A stretch of DNA of 38,682 bases, counting the filler, from Aduncisulcus paluster (lineage: Eukaryota): NCBI GenBank assembly GCA_024181965.1. It is 2 parts of 2 records of this genome, joined end to end, with 100 filler letters (N's around TTAATTAATTAA, not from the genome) between each part and the next. Parts side by side here need not be neighbours in the genome. Positions count along the whole stretch, not along the records: positions 1 to 20,277 come from BQXS01014068.1; 1 more part is not named here. One strand, given 5' to 3'. The notes under the pieces were generated by a model. It had not been told where the DNA came from. It searched no databases and saw nothing but the letters and a program-made list of their open reading frames with translations. How positions within the stretch are numbered: the stretch's first letter is position 1; every line of letters starts with the position of its first letter. Below are positions 10,381 to 20,377 of this stretch, piece after piece. The position numbers were made by a program, and so were the translations under genes.

Positions 10381-12059
10381 TTACTCGTAATAATACTTCT
10401 TCAACATATCAGTGGGAATTCTTTCCAACATTTCAGGTGGGAACTTCCTCAGCAATTTCCAAGCCAAATCAAGACTCTCGAAGATTGTCCTTGGATTGTC
10501 AAATCCTTGATGCAAAAACTCCATCTTGAAGTCTTCCAAGAACTCAAGGTGTAACTTATCTTGGTGTGTCAAGGCTTCTTCTCCAACAACACTCTTCATA
10601 TCTTCGACCTCTCTTCCTTGGGCATAACAAGCATAAAGCTGGTTGGATACACAACCGTGATCCTCACGTGTCATCCCTTCACCGATGGCACTCTTCATAA
10701 GACGGGACAGACAGGGCAAGGGATCGATGGGAGGATAGATATTGGCATTTTCAAGAGAACGGTCGACAAAGATCTGTCCTTCGGTAATGTATCCACTCAA
10801 ATCGGGAATAGGGTGGGTGATATCNNNNNNNNNNNNNNNNNNNNCTCTCTTCCTTGGGCATAACAAGCATAAAGCTGGTTGGATACACAACCGTGATCCT
10901 CACGTGTCATCCCTTCACCGATGGCACTCTTCATAAGACGGGACAGACAGGGCAAGGGATCGATGGGAGGATAGATATTGGCATTTTCAAGAGAACGGTC
11001 GACAAAGATCTGTCCTTCGGTAATGTATCCACTCAAATCGGGAATAGGGTGGGTGATATCTCCATTAGGCATGGAAAGAACTGGAATCTGGGTAATGGAT
11101 CCTTTCTTTCCCTTGGCTCGACCAGCTCTTTCGAAGATGGAGGCAAGATCAGTATATAAATAACCGGGATAACCACGTCTTCCGGGAACTTCTTCACGAG
11201 CAGAGGAAATCTCACGAAGGGCATTGGCATAAGAGGTGATATCAGTCAAAATAACCAGAACGTGATAACCTTTCTCGAAGGCAAGGAACTCAGCGGTAGT
11301 AAGGGCTAAACGGGGGGTAATAATACGCTCAATGGCAGGATCATCGGCCAAATTGACGAAAAGAACGGTACGATGCATACATCCAGCCGTTTCAAACTGA
11401 TTGACAAAGAAACGATAAGTATCCCGAGAAATACCCATGGCTCCGAAAACAATGGCAAATTCAACGGATTTTTCTTCTTCAGTTTCCTCTTTTTCTCCTT
11501 CTTTTCTTAATTCTTTGGGAATTCTAACAAGATCGGCTTGTTTGCAGATTTGGGCAGCGATACGATCATGGGGAAGACCAGAGTCGGAAAACAGAGGAAT
11601 CTTCTGTCCTCTAGCAATACTAGCCATAACGTCAATTATTGAGAAACCGGTTTGAATCATTTCTCTGGGGTAAACACGACGAGTGGGGTTAAGGGGTTCT
11701 CCAGTTGTATCAACGTATTTCTCAGGGACAACTTCAGGCCCTCCATCAATAGGTTTAGCACTACCGTTAAAGATACGACCAAGCATATCTTCAGAAACAC
11801 CAAGCTCCATGGTCTTACCAGTAAACTCAACTTTTGTGCGTGAAACAGATATATCAGTAGTTCCTTCAAATACTTGGACGACAGCTTTCTCACCATCAAT
11901 TTCGAGAACCTGACCTGACCTGCAAGTTCCATCTCCCAAATCAATATTGACAATCTCAGAAGCTTTAGCACCTTTAACGTGATCAAGAATAATAAGAGGT
12001 CCCTTGACTTTCCTAACTGTTCTATAACTGATAGTGGGTTTTATCTTATCAGAAGACAT
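10381..12059 (-). CDS. VMA2: V-type H+-ATPase V1 subunit B (about 480 aa after removing the gap-flanking duplication)
   Basis: Motifs [86 protein letters not shown] at 12059. Removing 236 nt (216-bp duplicate plus 20 N) gives an intact 1443-nt ORF. Confidence 0.97.
10609..11060. repeat. Identical 216-bp duplication flanking a 20-N gap (unmerged contig overlap)
   Basis: 10609-10824 equals 10845-11060, separated by N at 10825-10844. Confidence 0.95.
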
Positions 12060-12373
12060 GGTGTTTTTTTCAAAAATCAGCATAAATATTCTTTTTTTGG
12101 GTTACCCGAGAAAACGGCAGAATAAGTGCAATAAATTTTATTTATGATTCTTAATCGATCAAGATTTAATATATTTTTCCCTTGATTTGGATGTGAAGAT
12201 CCCCTTTGATGACTAAAAGATCTGCATTCTATTGGGCTTGCTCACACCGATTTAAACCTGAAAATATTCAATAGGATATTAATTTTAACGTATTTAAAAT
12301 TTTGGAAAAGTCGCTGTGCGACATAGTCGCAAAATAAATTCTTCCTGAAAAAAAAGTCACGATTTGAATATAA

Positions 12374-13990
12374 ATGGGTGATAATAGGGAAGAAACTCGG
12401 CCGAAAAAAACCTTAAAGCCCCGATTAAAAGGGAATTTGTTTGGAGGAATGTCAACTGATGGTTTAATTGGAAGTATGGATATTTCTCTAAGTCAAATTC
12501 ACAAAGGAACTGGATCTATTAGTGTAGTTGCGAAAAAAGTTGCTGGAGCCGATACTAGACTCTCTGCCATGAGTTCTTTCCCACTTTCTCCTGTCCGTGA
12601 TACTGGTCTTGATTTCGATACTTCTCTCTATCATCGGTCTGTAAATAACGACCTCCATTTTTCTGGGTCAAATGAAAAATCTAGGTTAGCTGGAATATGT
12701 GGAGCCCTGACCGGCCGAAAAGGACTGATTTCTCCCCTTCCAAATCATCCTCTCCCATCTTCCATGATGTGTGATTCATCTCTTCCTCTCACTCATTCTG
12801 CGCAAACAATGTGGAGGCTTGGTGGGATGTGGGAAACGAGGGAAAATGGTAAAATGGTTGAGATTGGTTCATCTTCGACAGATGACTCTCTTCCTTCTCC
12901 TCAATCGGATGAATTGCAGAAAGAGATTGGAAATGTCCGAACTGATTCCAAAGATACGCATTTTACAACACTTCACCATTCGACAAAGGCTTCTCTTATT
13001 GCAGGTCTGTATCTTGATCGATCCAAAAAGGATTCGTGTGTTCATGCCTTCTCAAGGTGTGTTGGAGGATTCAATGCTGGAATAGGAATGGAACTGGGTA
13101 TTTGTGATTATGATAAACATTCAACGGCAAAATTATCGACCGATAGTGAAATTGTAGCCGGAGCTGATTCATTTCACTATTGTCTCACAGGTTCCAGACC
13201 CTCTGTTGCCGAGGATGTGTCTGAAGGATTGAGTGCTGATAAACCCATTATTAAGGCATCTGGTTTTGATATTCAACCGTTTGTTAAGATGAACGCATAT
13301 GCACAGGCTCAATGGAAGCTTCGAAAAGACCGTGAATACATATCACAGAGTGAATTAATGAATAACTTCATTCCCCCTGTGCTGACTGCTAGTGTATTCG
13401 GTGGTTTAGGTGGGTGTGTTTCCGAAGAGACCGATATGTCTGTTCCAGAGGGTTCTGATCGCAAAAAGATTCCATTTGGATGGCTTGAAATATCTTCATT
13501 GCCCCCATTTGACCAACAATTGATCGGTGGGCGATTGATGCGTGGATTTGCTTCAGCTTCTACGGCTTCTCATTCCTCTATCATTTCTACATTCCTCTCT
13601 TCTGCACAAAGCAAGCCTGATGCACATTACATAAGACCTTGTGATGCATTCGTTGGAGTCGGAAGCGAATTGTCCTTCCATATCGGAAATATATTTAAAT
13701 CTTCAAAACATAAAAAAATAACTAAAACAATCGAACATAAAGGTGGGAAGATCAAACAAGGGATCAGAAAGCTTGTTGATTCATGTGATCATTTCCAAGG
13801 GAGGTTATTTGGACATATATTCGGTGGTGCAGCAGTTACTAAGTCGATTGGGGAGGATAGCTCTGTTCATTCAAGTGTTGGATGTGGATTAAAGTATTAT
13901 GGGGCTGGAATACCCATTGAATTGAATACTCAAATTGGTACAGAAGGTTGTAAGAGGGTGCAAATTGGAGTTGGACTGCATTTTAAATGA
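12374..13990 (+). CDS. SAM50: Probable Sam50/Omp85-family outer-membrane beta-barrel protein, highly divergent
   Basis: The C-terminal half carries Omp85-type motifs in the expected order: FDQQLIGGRLMRGF (loop-6 GG..[VI]RG[FY]), DAFVGVGSELSF, LFGHIFGGAA, SSVGCGLKY...IELN. It ends with a beta-signal-like RVQIGVGLHFK. Confidence 0.68.
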   Translation: MGDNREETRPKKTLKPRLKGNLFGGMSTDGLIGSMDISLSQIHKGTGSISVVAKKVAGADTRLSAMSSFPLSPVRDTGLDFDTSLYHRSVNNDLHFSGSNEKSRLAGICGALTGRKGLISPLPNHPLPSSMMCDSSLPLTHSAQTMWRLGGMWETRENGKMVEIGSSSTDDSLPSPQSDELQKEIGNVRTDSKDTHFTTLHHSTKASLIAGLYLDRSKKDSCVHAFSRCVGGFNAGIGMELGICDYDKHSTAKLSTDSEIVAGADSFHYCLTGSRPSVAEDVSEGLSADKPIIKASGFDIQPFVKMNAYAQAQWKLRKDREYISQSELMNNFIPPVLTASVFGGLGGCVSEETDMSVPEGSDRKKIPFGWLEISSLPPFDQQLIGGRLMRGFASASTASHSSIISTFLSSAQSKPDAHYIRPCDAFVGVGSELSFHIGNIFKSSKHKKITKTIEHKGGKIKQGIRKLVDSCDHFQGRLFGHIFGGAAVTKSIGEDSSVHSSVGCGLKYYGAGIPIELNTQIGTEGCKRVQIGVGLHFK

Positions 13991-14208
13991 ATAAATTGAA
14001 AAATGAAAAAAAAAAATGGTTGTATCCTATTGTGAAAATATTTGATTAAACAAATAGAATATTGCATATGTATCATCATATTGAAATTCAAATACATCAT
14101 AATATAACGAGAAATATTATTGAAACTCGATTATTTTTCAAATCGCCTTTCTTCGTTGCATTCTTTTATATCTAACACTGTTTTACATTATTTTATTGCT
14201 ATCATCTG

Positions 14209-14631
14209 ATGAGTCTTGATAAAGAATCATCAAAACCTTCCCAATCATTCTGTGTATCATCTTCAACTGTCCTGATGCCTCCCTGTGTAGATACCCGACT
14301 TCCAGGCCCAATTTCCTTGCCAATTATTAATACTAATCCAATAGAATTTAATTTAGGTTCAATACCACATCCTGGAAGCCAATGGGATCCGCTGACAAAA
14401 TCGGCTCAGTCATTTATTCCTGTGAAAGCTCCAATTTCTCAAGATATTTTACGGATGGAAAAAAAGGAACAGCAACAAGAAGAACTTGAATTTATTCGTC
14501 AAAAACAAAAGAAGGCCATCCAACTTCAGGTGTCTTCAGCAACGAGAGAACACAAGGCTAGTGTTTTGAAAGAATGTCGAAGAGTTATTAAGCATGATCA
14601 AAAGAGACAGAAAATTAAATTTGAGAAATAG
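14209..14631 (+). CDS. Hypothetical protein, 140 aa, with basic coiled-coil C-terminus
   Basis: ATG-initiated ORF with coding-like composition between AT-rich spacers. No family confidently recognised. Confidence 0.6.
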   Translation: MSLDKESSKPSQSFCVSSSTVLMPPCVDTRLPGPISLPIINTNPIEFNLGSIPHPGSQWDPLTKSAQSFIPVKAPISQDILRMEKKEQQQEELEFIRQKQKKAIQLQVSSATREHKASVLKECRRVIKHDQKRQKIKFEK

Positions 14632-14715
14632 AATTCATTTAATTTTATATTAGATTTCAGGTATTTACAATAAATTATATTGCATATTCTACAATCACTA
14701 ATTAATCTATATAAA

Positions 14716-15410
14716 TTATTTATCATATCTTTTTTTTCCTTTGAAATCGGGTTTCTTTCGGCGTTCATTTTTGTTGACTCTGGTGAAAACTGTCATTTTA
14801 TCATCTTTTCTCTCTTGTTGATGGCGTTTCCTTTCCTTATACTTTTTTAACCTTCCTTCTTTCTTTAATTTTCTCATTTTTTCTTCCTCAATAGCCTTTT
14901 TTAGATGCTTATTTTTGACATAGTATGCTTTTTTGCCCTTTGAAACTCTCTTGAGCTCTTTGTTGATAAATCGTTGCTTAACCTTCTTTTCTAATGTAGC
15001 ATATTCACTTTCTTTTTGAGCATTATATAATTTTGTGCGCAATTTTGTTTTGCGTTGATACTCGGGATCATCAATAACATCTTCTCCAAGTTCTTGCTTA
15101 ATAGTTTCGAGCTCAGCGCCAAGAGTATCAATCTCTCTTCTTCTAGCGGTTTCTAAGAATTTATAATCGTCAGAAAAAATTCTTTTATCTTGTTTTGTAT
15201 CACCAGAACCGAAGAAACGAGGATCTCTGGTTTTCTAAAGCATAAAATAAATAAATATAATGATTCATACTAATAAAAATAAAACAAATAACATACGGGT
15301 TGGTCTCTTATCCCCAATCCATGCGTCTTAGCTGGTCTACTCGATCTGACCATCTTCGGGGCAGATTTATCTTTTTTTGCAATTGAATCCCAAAACTCAT
15401 CATCATTCAT
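14716..15410 (-). CDS. RRP36: rRNA biogenesis protein RRP36, two exons (15410-15297, 15234-14716), 210 aa
   Basis: The spliced product MNDDEFWDSIAKKDKSAPKMVRSSRP...QP|KTRDPRFFG...DYKFLETARRREI...RVSKGKKAYYVK...KLKKEGRLKKYKERKR has the RRP36 motifs (AP..SS.P, RDPRF, Y.FL, GKK.YY.K). The ORF track captured only the 3' part. Confidence 0.88.
15235..15296 (-). other. Spliceosomal intron, 62 nt, phase 0
   Basis: GTATGTTA...TGCTTTAG on the minus strand, very AT-rich. Removing it joins two conserved RRP36 segments in frame. Confidence 0.88.
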
Positions 15411-15707
15411 TGTAAAATAAAGAGATGTAAAATTTGGTAATTATTCAATTCGAGTCAAAAAGGATGATTTAAATTCACACAATTAAAACGGCTTAATTTG
15501 ACTGAAAAAAGTATGTTTTTTATTAAAATAGAGGGATGATAACAAAAATATCGGAATATTCAGGAAATTAGTTGTTTTATTGGCAAGGAAAATTATTCGG
15601 ACGGTATTGCATTATTATAAGTCTATATATCCCATAGATTGATGAATTTTAACGGATTTCTCATCACAAAATTAAAAATTGTTCCCGGTATTGGAAGTGT
15701 AAATGAT

Positions 15708-16757
15708 TTACACGAGGAAACGCGAAGCTTCACTTCTCTTATCTTGAGAGATACATTCGGCAATCCAAACGATATTTCGTACTTCAATATCAGCCAACTT
15801 AAGCCAGGCCCAAAAGATTCCGAAACTCATCCCTCTTTCAACTGCAACTTTTTGCCTTTCAACACTCTTCTTGATAAATATATCATCAATTGAACGGGAA
15901 GAATCATCAGATACTTCCTGAATTACTGATTTAAGCTCGGCAATACTACTTACTATTGTTGAAACCTCTTCGAAATCCTTGGCGCTGACCAATTCTTCCT
16001 GGTGTGTTGGATATAGGAATCCAAGACGAGGTAACATGCTTTGTTTATCATCGGCTTTGAATGAAGATGACTGAGTACTCAAAACAACAGAAATGGTCAT
16101 CCTATCGGCTTCAAACTTAATGAGAGAACCAAGACTTTCCTCGGTAACTCCTCCACATTCCTTAGCAAGACGGTAAAGCTCTTCAAGATGGGCCACGTGA
16201 AGTTTGCATCTGAGGACCTCAATGGTATCCTCATCAAGATTCTCTTCGGACACACCTGAAGCAATGAAATACTGGGCAATAGGACATTCTAACAAAACAC
16301 TTTTGTATAAGTCTTTAATATCAGAGCACATTAATAGAATATCAAGACCGTCAAATAAGCCAAGAGGGTGGAGGTCATGACGGATAGCATCCTTGCTCCT
16401 GCCGGAAATTACTCCCTGGAGAATCAAAATGACATTATCAATGATATATTCAAAACGTAAAGTCTCCAAAAATGTTTCCAGAATACCTGCAGCAGCTGAT
16501 TTCCAGAGGTGATAACATTCAACAATTCTTTTTGTGCATTGGGTTCTAAGACTTTCAGGTGTGACAGTCTTTATATCGGTAACCCATTTTCCATATTGAG
16601 TTCCTGATAATGATACTCTCAAATCTTCAATCGTCGTACATTGGGTTAGAGCAGCATATTGGGAAGGGGATAGTAATGAATCAGCATCATCTCTACACAA
16701 ACCTTCAACGTATCCATGTTCCATTCCAAACAAAGTAATTCCACCTTGTTTACCCAT
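15708..16757 (-). CDS. VMA6: V-type H+-ATPase V0 subunit d
   Basis: 349 aa with FGMEHGYVEGL, YAALTQCTTIEDLRVSLSGTQYG, YIIDNVILIL, HPLGLF, FEADR and EVRNIVWIAECISQ. Confidence 0.96.
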   Translation of the reverse strand: MGKQGGITLFGMEHGYVEGLCRDDADSLLSPSQYAALTQCTTIEDLRVSLSGTQYGKWVTDIKTVTPESLRTQCTKRIVECYHLWKSAAAGILETFLETLRFEYIIDNVILILQGVISGRSKDAIRHDLHPLGLFDGLDILLMCSDIKDLYKSVLLECPIAQYFIASGVSEENLDEDTIEVLRCKLHVAHLEELYRLAKECGGVTEESLGSLIKFEADRMTISVVLSTQSSSFKADDKQSMLPRLGFLYPTHQEELVSAKDFEEVSTIVSSIAELKSVIQEVSDDSSRSIDDIFIKKSVERQKVAVERGMSFGIFWAWLKLADIEVRNIVWIAECISQDKRSEASRFLV

Positions 16758-17239
16758 TTTTGTTACTGTGTGTTACAAAAATGATGCTGAGATTGTGTTG
16801 TCACATCTACTACAGTTAGAGCACAAAAAATAGGTAATGATTTAAATAAACAATTCCAGAAATTTATTTTTATGAATTCTTTGCCTGTAAATAATGCGAC
16901 AAAAGCTAGATATTTTGCAATCGGTAAGAGAGAGACATTGGAGGATTTATTCAAAAAAATAAATAAATGAAATGATCATTTTATGATCAATAATTTAATA
17001 AAAGTTATTCAAATAAAAGGTATTCTCTCATCAGGTCCAAAAAGAATATTTAAGTATAAATCATCATGGTGATTGAGATGTTTTTGCGAAAAAATAGAAA
17101 ATTGAATAACAATAAAAAGCAGGAATAATTAGAAATAATAATAAATAGAATAAAAATCATGATTGATGGAGAAAATAAAGTTGTGAAAGAGATCACAAGA
17201 AATAAATAATCAGGATTGGAAATGAGATAATAATACGGC

Positions 17240-18706
17240 CTATTCACCATCTTCAAATCCAGCAGAACATCCACAGAACCCTCTACGAGTGGAAACTGGG
17301 GGAGGAGCCTCAAGAACAGCAGAGACAAAAGTCTGGACCTTGTAAGCTGGGACAATCACAGTCTTTCGGTCAAATCTGACACTCACACGGGCGTTGTCAC
17401 CGTCCTTCATATCGAATAATTCCTTGACAACACCTGGACGACGAATACTGATTCCTTCAGGAGGTTTAAAACCAGGACGAATCATAACTTTGGAGCCAAT
17501 GTCCAGTTGGGGACAGGTAGTGAAGTTTTCTGGGGCAAGTTTGAGTTTCTGAGTGTGTTCACACATAAAAATAATATCTCCGCTGCTTGTGAAACCTTGA
17601 ACTCTTCCATAAACACCTCCACGAACATTGTGGAGAGCTCGGAGATAACTCGAGTATTTTCCATCAGTTTCGGGTGAAAATTCAAGAGAAATCCCATCGA
17701 TATCTTTGAAAGCTGGGGCATTTGGCTTCAAATATATGATATCACCGGGACATACAGGCGTTCCTTCCACCAAGGTAACAACGTCGAGTAAAGAAGGGGA
17801 GAGGGTGTGGACGGATGTGATAGACGGTTGCTCGACATCATCAGAGGTAGTAGTTGATGTGGGGGAGGCAAGAGACAGAACAGAACAGTCACAAGGTTTT
17901 TCAAATTGTACGACAACATCGTTCATCCCAGAAAAGCCAATAACAATCCCCAACTCACGGGGAAGTTGTTTGTATTTGTAAAGAAGGTGGCGTTTGAGAC
18001 GGACTTGTGTCTTCAAAGTGAACAGAGCAGGTCTATTCTCGACGACTTCAAGACGGCCGACTACAACTCTTTCTAATTCATCAACAGTACCTCTCCATTG
18101 ATGATCTCTATTATAATAAATCATAAGATCTTTCTCACTCTCAATACTGAGAATGCGGCCAACAGATCCGTTTCCAATGGATCCCCATCCATATTTTGGA
18201 GTACTGACTCCTTTACGAACTCTAACATGTTCTCCAATGCCAAAAAGCATTTCGTGTCCTTTAAAAGTGGAAGTAATAACCCTCTCAACTTGGTCAACGG
18301 CCAGTTGCGCTTTTGTGCCCGATTTCCTAAATACAACATCAATTAATTTGTCATCGATATGTAATTTCTCAATCACAGCAATTTCGTCCTCTAATTCGGT
18401 ATGATCAGCGCGTGTGATCATACTTCTAGGATGAGTGGGAAGCATGCGAACAAAATCACCAACAGCATATATGAAATAGAGGGAATTACGTTGAGCTCTG
18501 GTTTTTTTGTGAACTAAACAAGGGACAACATCATATGGTTTACATCTCCACTCCCTCAAATGATTAAATTCAACAATGAATGAGTTTGTATCAACATGTT
18601 TCAATATCCCAGTCATACCAGGGACAACTTCACCCTTTGTGCCAAAACCATATTTTCCAGAAGGATTTTCTACAACCCTTACATAACTATTCAGGAAAAA
18701 TTCCAT
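17240..18706 (-). CDS. Protein built of Mind bomb/KEG-type SH3-like (SH3_15, HERC2-like) repeats
   Basis: The best repeat, GEHVRVRKGVSTPKYGWGSIGNGSVGRILSI...QWRGTVDELERV, matches the KEG/MIB repeat consensus. Degenerate copies occur at the N-terminus (SYVRVVENPSGKYGFG...EWRCKPYDV) and elsewhere. Confidence 0.72.
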   Translation of the reverse strand: MEFFLNSYVRVVENPSGKYGFGTKGEVVPGMTGILKHVDTNSFIVEFNHLREWRCKPYDVVPCLVHKKTRAQRNSLYFIYAVGDFVRMLPTHPRSMITRADHTELEDEIAVIEKLHIDDKLIDVVFRKSGTKAQLAVDQVERVITSTFKGHEMLFGIGEHVRVRKGVSTPKYGWGSIGNGSVGRILSIESEKDLMIYYNRDHQWRGTVDELERVVVGRLEVVENRPALFTLKTQVRLKRHLLYKYKQLPRELGIVIGFSGMNDVVVQFEKPCDCSVLSLASPTSTTTSDDVEQPSITSVHTLSPSLLDVVTLVEGTPVCPGDIIYLKPNAPAFKDIDGISLEFSPETDGKYSSYLRALHNVRGGVYGRVQGFTSSGDIIFMCEHTQKLKLAPENFTTCPQLDIGSKVMIRPGFKPPEGISIRRPGVVKELFDMKDGDNARVSVRFDRKTVIVPAYKVQTFVSAVLEAPPPVSTRRGFCGCSAGFEDGE

Positions 18707-18993
18707 CTCAATAAACTATTAAGGGTCAAACCAAAAAAAAATAATTTCGGAGTGTTTCATGAGTTGTGAAAGTACGTATGGAAATCTATTATGGAATCCT
18801 TCGGATCAAAAATAATAAACGTATATTTTTATTTGTTTTTCTTTCCCTTAAATTCAATATACATAACCCTATTTTGACATGGCAAGATTAGTTTCCACAG
18901 GCTAAATAAGCCGGAATTTTTCAAACCAATGAGCGATTTTTATTGAAATTCCCAATAAATAAATAAATTTAATGTAAAAAATATATATTAGTG

Positions 18994-20277
18994 TTACATC
19001 CAAAAGCCGGCTCTTGATCTTGGCCGAGCAAATGCAGCCCGATATCCTCCACCTTCTCCACTGAATGTAGAGGGAGGAGATGCTCCTTTCTGTCCTGAAG
19101 GCTTTTGGGAGGCTCTGTTGCGCATTTTCTTCCTTTCTCTTTCCATGTCTGCTTCAACCCATTGTCCGAGGGCACCCTCCGTCATAAACTTATATGCATT
19201 GTCAATCAAAGAGAAACAATCATTAAGAAGGGTATAATATTCCTCTCTGTCAGCAAATAATACACGGCCACCTCGAAGGGCATGATCTGGATGCCATTCA
19301 AGGGCTCTTCTCCTGTAGGAACGCTTCAAAAGCTTCTCTTGGTCGGCTTTCTTCTCAAAAGAGTCATACTTTCTTGGATCTATCCCGAGTCTTGAGATGA
19401 ACGGCTGTTCTTTCATCTTTTGAATCAGGATCTCTCTGGCTTGACCTCCATTGTACCGAGATTCTTCCTTCAGAGCAAGGAGATCCATTCCTTCAAGTCT
19501 ACGCTTATTGAGGTGTGGACTGTGCATCGTGTGAAGGGTGCCACTCACAATATTGGCTGCAATAAACATCTCAACACTGTCAGAGGAGCTGCTGATAATC
19601 TCGGCATCTTGTTCCGAACAAGATAGGGAATTGGGAGATCTAATAATAGCATGCAGAATGGGACAGCAGAGGGGGTGAGGGAGAGGGTGTTTCTCATCCG
19701 TCAAAAAGGAGACAAGAGGTGCAAACCAGGGCTTAATGGATATAAGAGATGAAAATACACTTGACAGGCTCGAAGGAGATTTGGGAAGGGTTGGAATGGA
19801 ATCCCGAAATAGATGGTGAGAAGAAACTGAAGTGCTTGAGTGCTCTCTGTCTCGTCTCCTCTGAGAATGAGATGAAGACTTATCGGTCGAAGAAATATCT
19901 TTCGAAGGCTCAGAATGAGAATAGTTACTCGAGGCTATATTTGGATTCTGAGAATGTCCAGTGTGTGTGGAAGTAGATGATTGTTCTGGGTGGTCGGTTG
20001 ATTCTGAGTACGTTTCTTTTCCGTGTTGTTGATCTTTGGCTGGGATAGGGTCATCAATTATCGTTGTTGACCTCTTTGGATCTCCTGTCGCAAACGATTG
20101 TGGAGCTATCGATTCAGCTGTATCAGCAGAGTATTGTGAAGAAGCGGCATGATCGCCTGAGCCTCTAGGTTCTCTCTGAGCATCTCTCTCTCTCCGATGC
20201 TGCTCCCTTCTCTCTCTATCTATGGACATCTGGAGTCTTCGTTGAGCATCTCTCTCTTTGCGCTCTTTCAGTCTACG
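18994..20277 (-). CDS. J-domain (DnaJ-like) protein with C-terminal J domain; 5'-partial at the gap
   Basis: LKRSYRRRALEWHPD...FSLIDNAYKFM is a J-domain signature with HPD. The frame stays open 16 codons upstream of ATG 20229, up to the N run. Confidence 0.8.
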   Translation of the reverse strand, partial: RRLKERKERDAQRRLQMSIDRERREQHRRERDAQREPRGSGDHAASSQYSADTAESIAPQSFATGDPKRSTTIIDDPIPAKDQQHGKETYSESTDHPEQSSTSTHTGHSQNPNIASSNYSHSEPSKDISSTDKSSSHSQRRRDREHSSTSVSSHHLFRDSIPTLPKSPSSLSSVFSSLISIKPWFAPLVSFLTDEKHPLPHPLCCPILHAIIRSPNSLSCSEQDAEIISSSSDSVEMFIAANIVSGTLHTMHSPHLNKRRLEGMDLLALKEESRYNGGQAREILIQKMKEQPFISRLGIDPRKYDSFEKKADQEKLLKRSYRRRALEWHPDHALRGGRVLFADREEYYTLLNDCFSLIDNAYKFMTEGALGQWVEADMERERKKMRNRASQKPSGQKGASPPSTFSGEGGGYRAAFARPRSRAGFWM

Positions 20278-20377
20278 NNNNNNNNNNNNNNNNNNNNNNN
20301 NNNNNNNNNNNNNNNNNNNNNTTAATTAATTAANNNNNNNNNNNNNNNNNNNNNNNNNNNNNNNNNNNNNNNNNNNN
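20278..20377. other. Artificial 100-nt contig spacer: N44-TTAATTAATTAA-N44
   Basis: The palindrome TTAATTAATTAA at 20322-20333 puts TAA in all six frames and sits centred between two equal 44-N runs. Confidence 0.95.

Noticed and set aside
10609..11060. Apparent second V-ATPase B gene or internal domain duplication
   Set aside because: Identical copies on either side of a 20-N gap; removing one restores a normal-length ORF.
12317..12331. TGCGAC-ATA-GTCGCA inverted repeat in the divergent VMA2/SAM50 spacer
   Set aside because: A single 6-bp stem, expected by chance in a window this size.
14209..14631. PHPGSQWDP resembles the Nop53 P..G.SYNP motif
   Set aside because: Only one short motif matches and the ORF is far shorter than Nop53.
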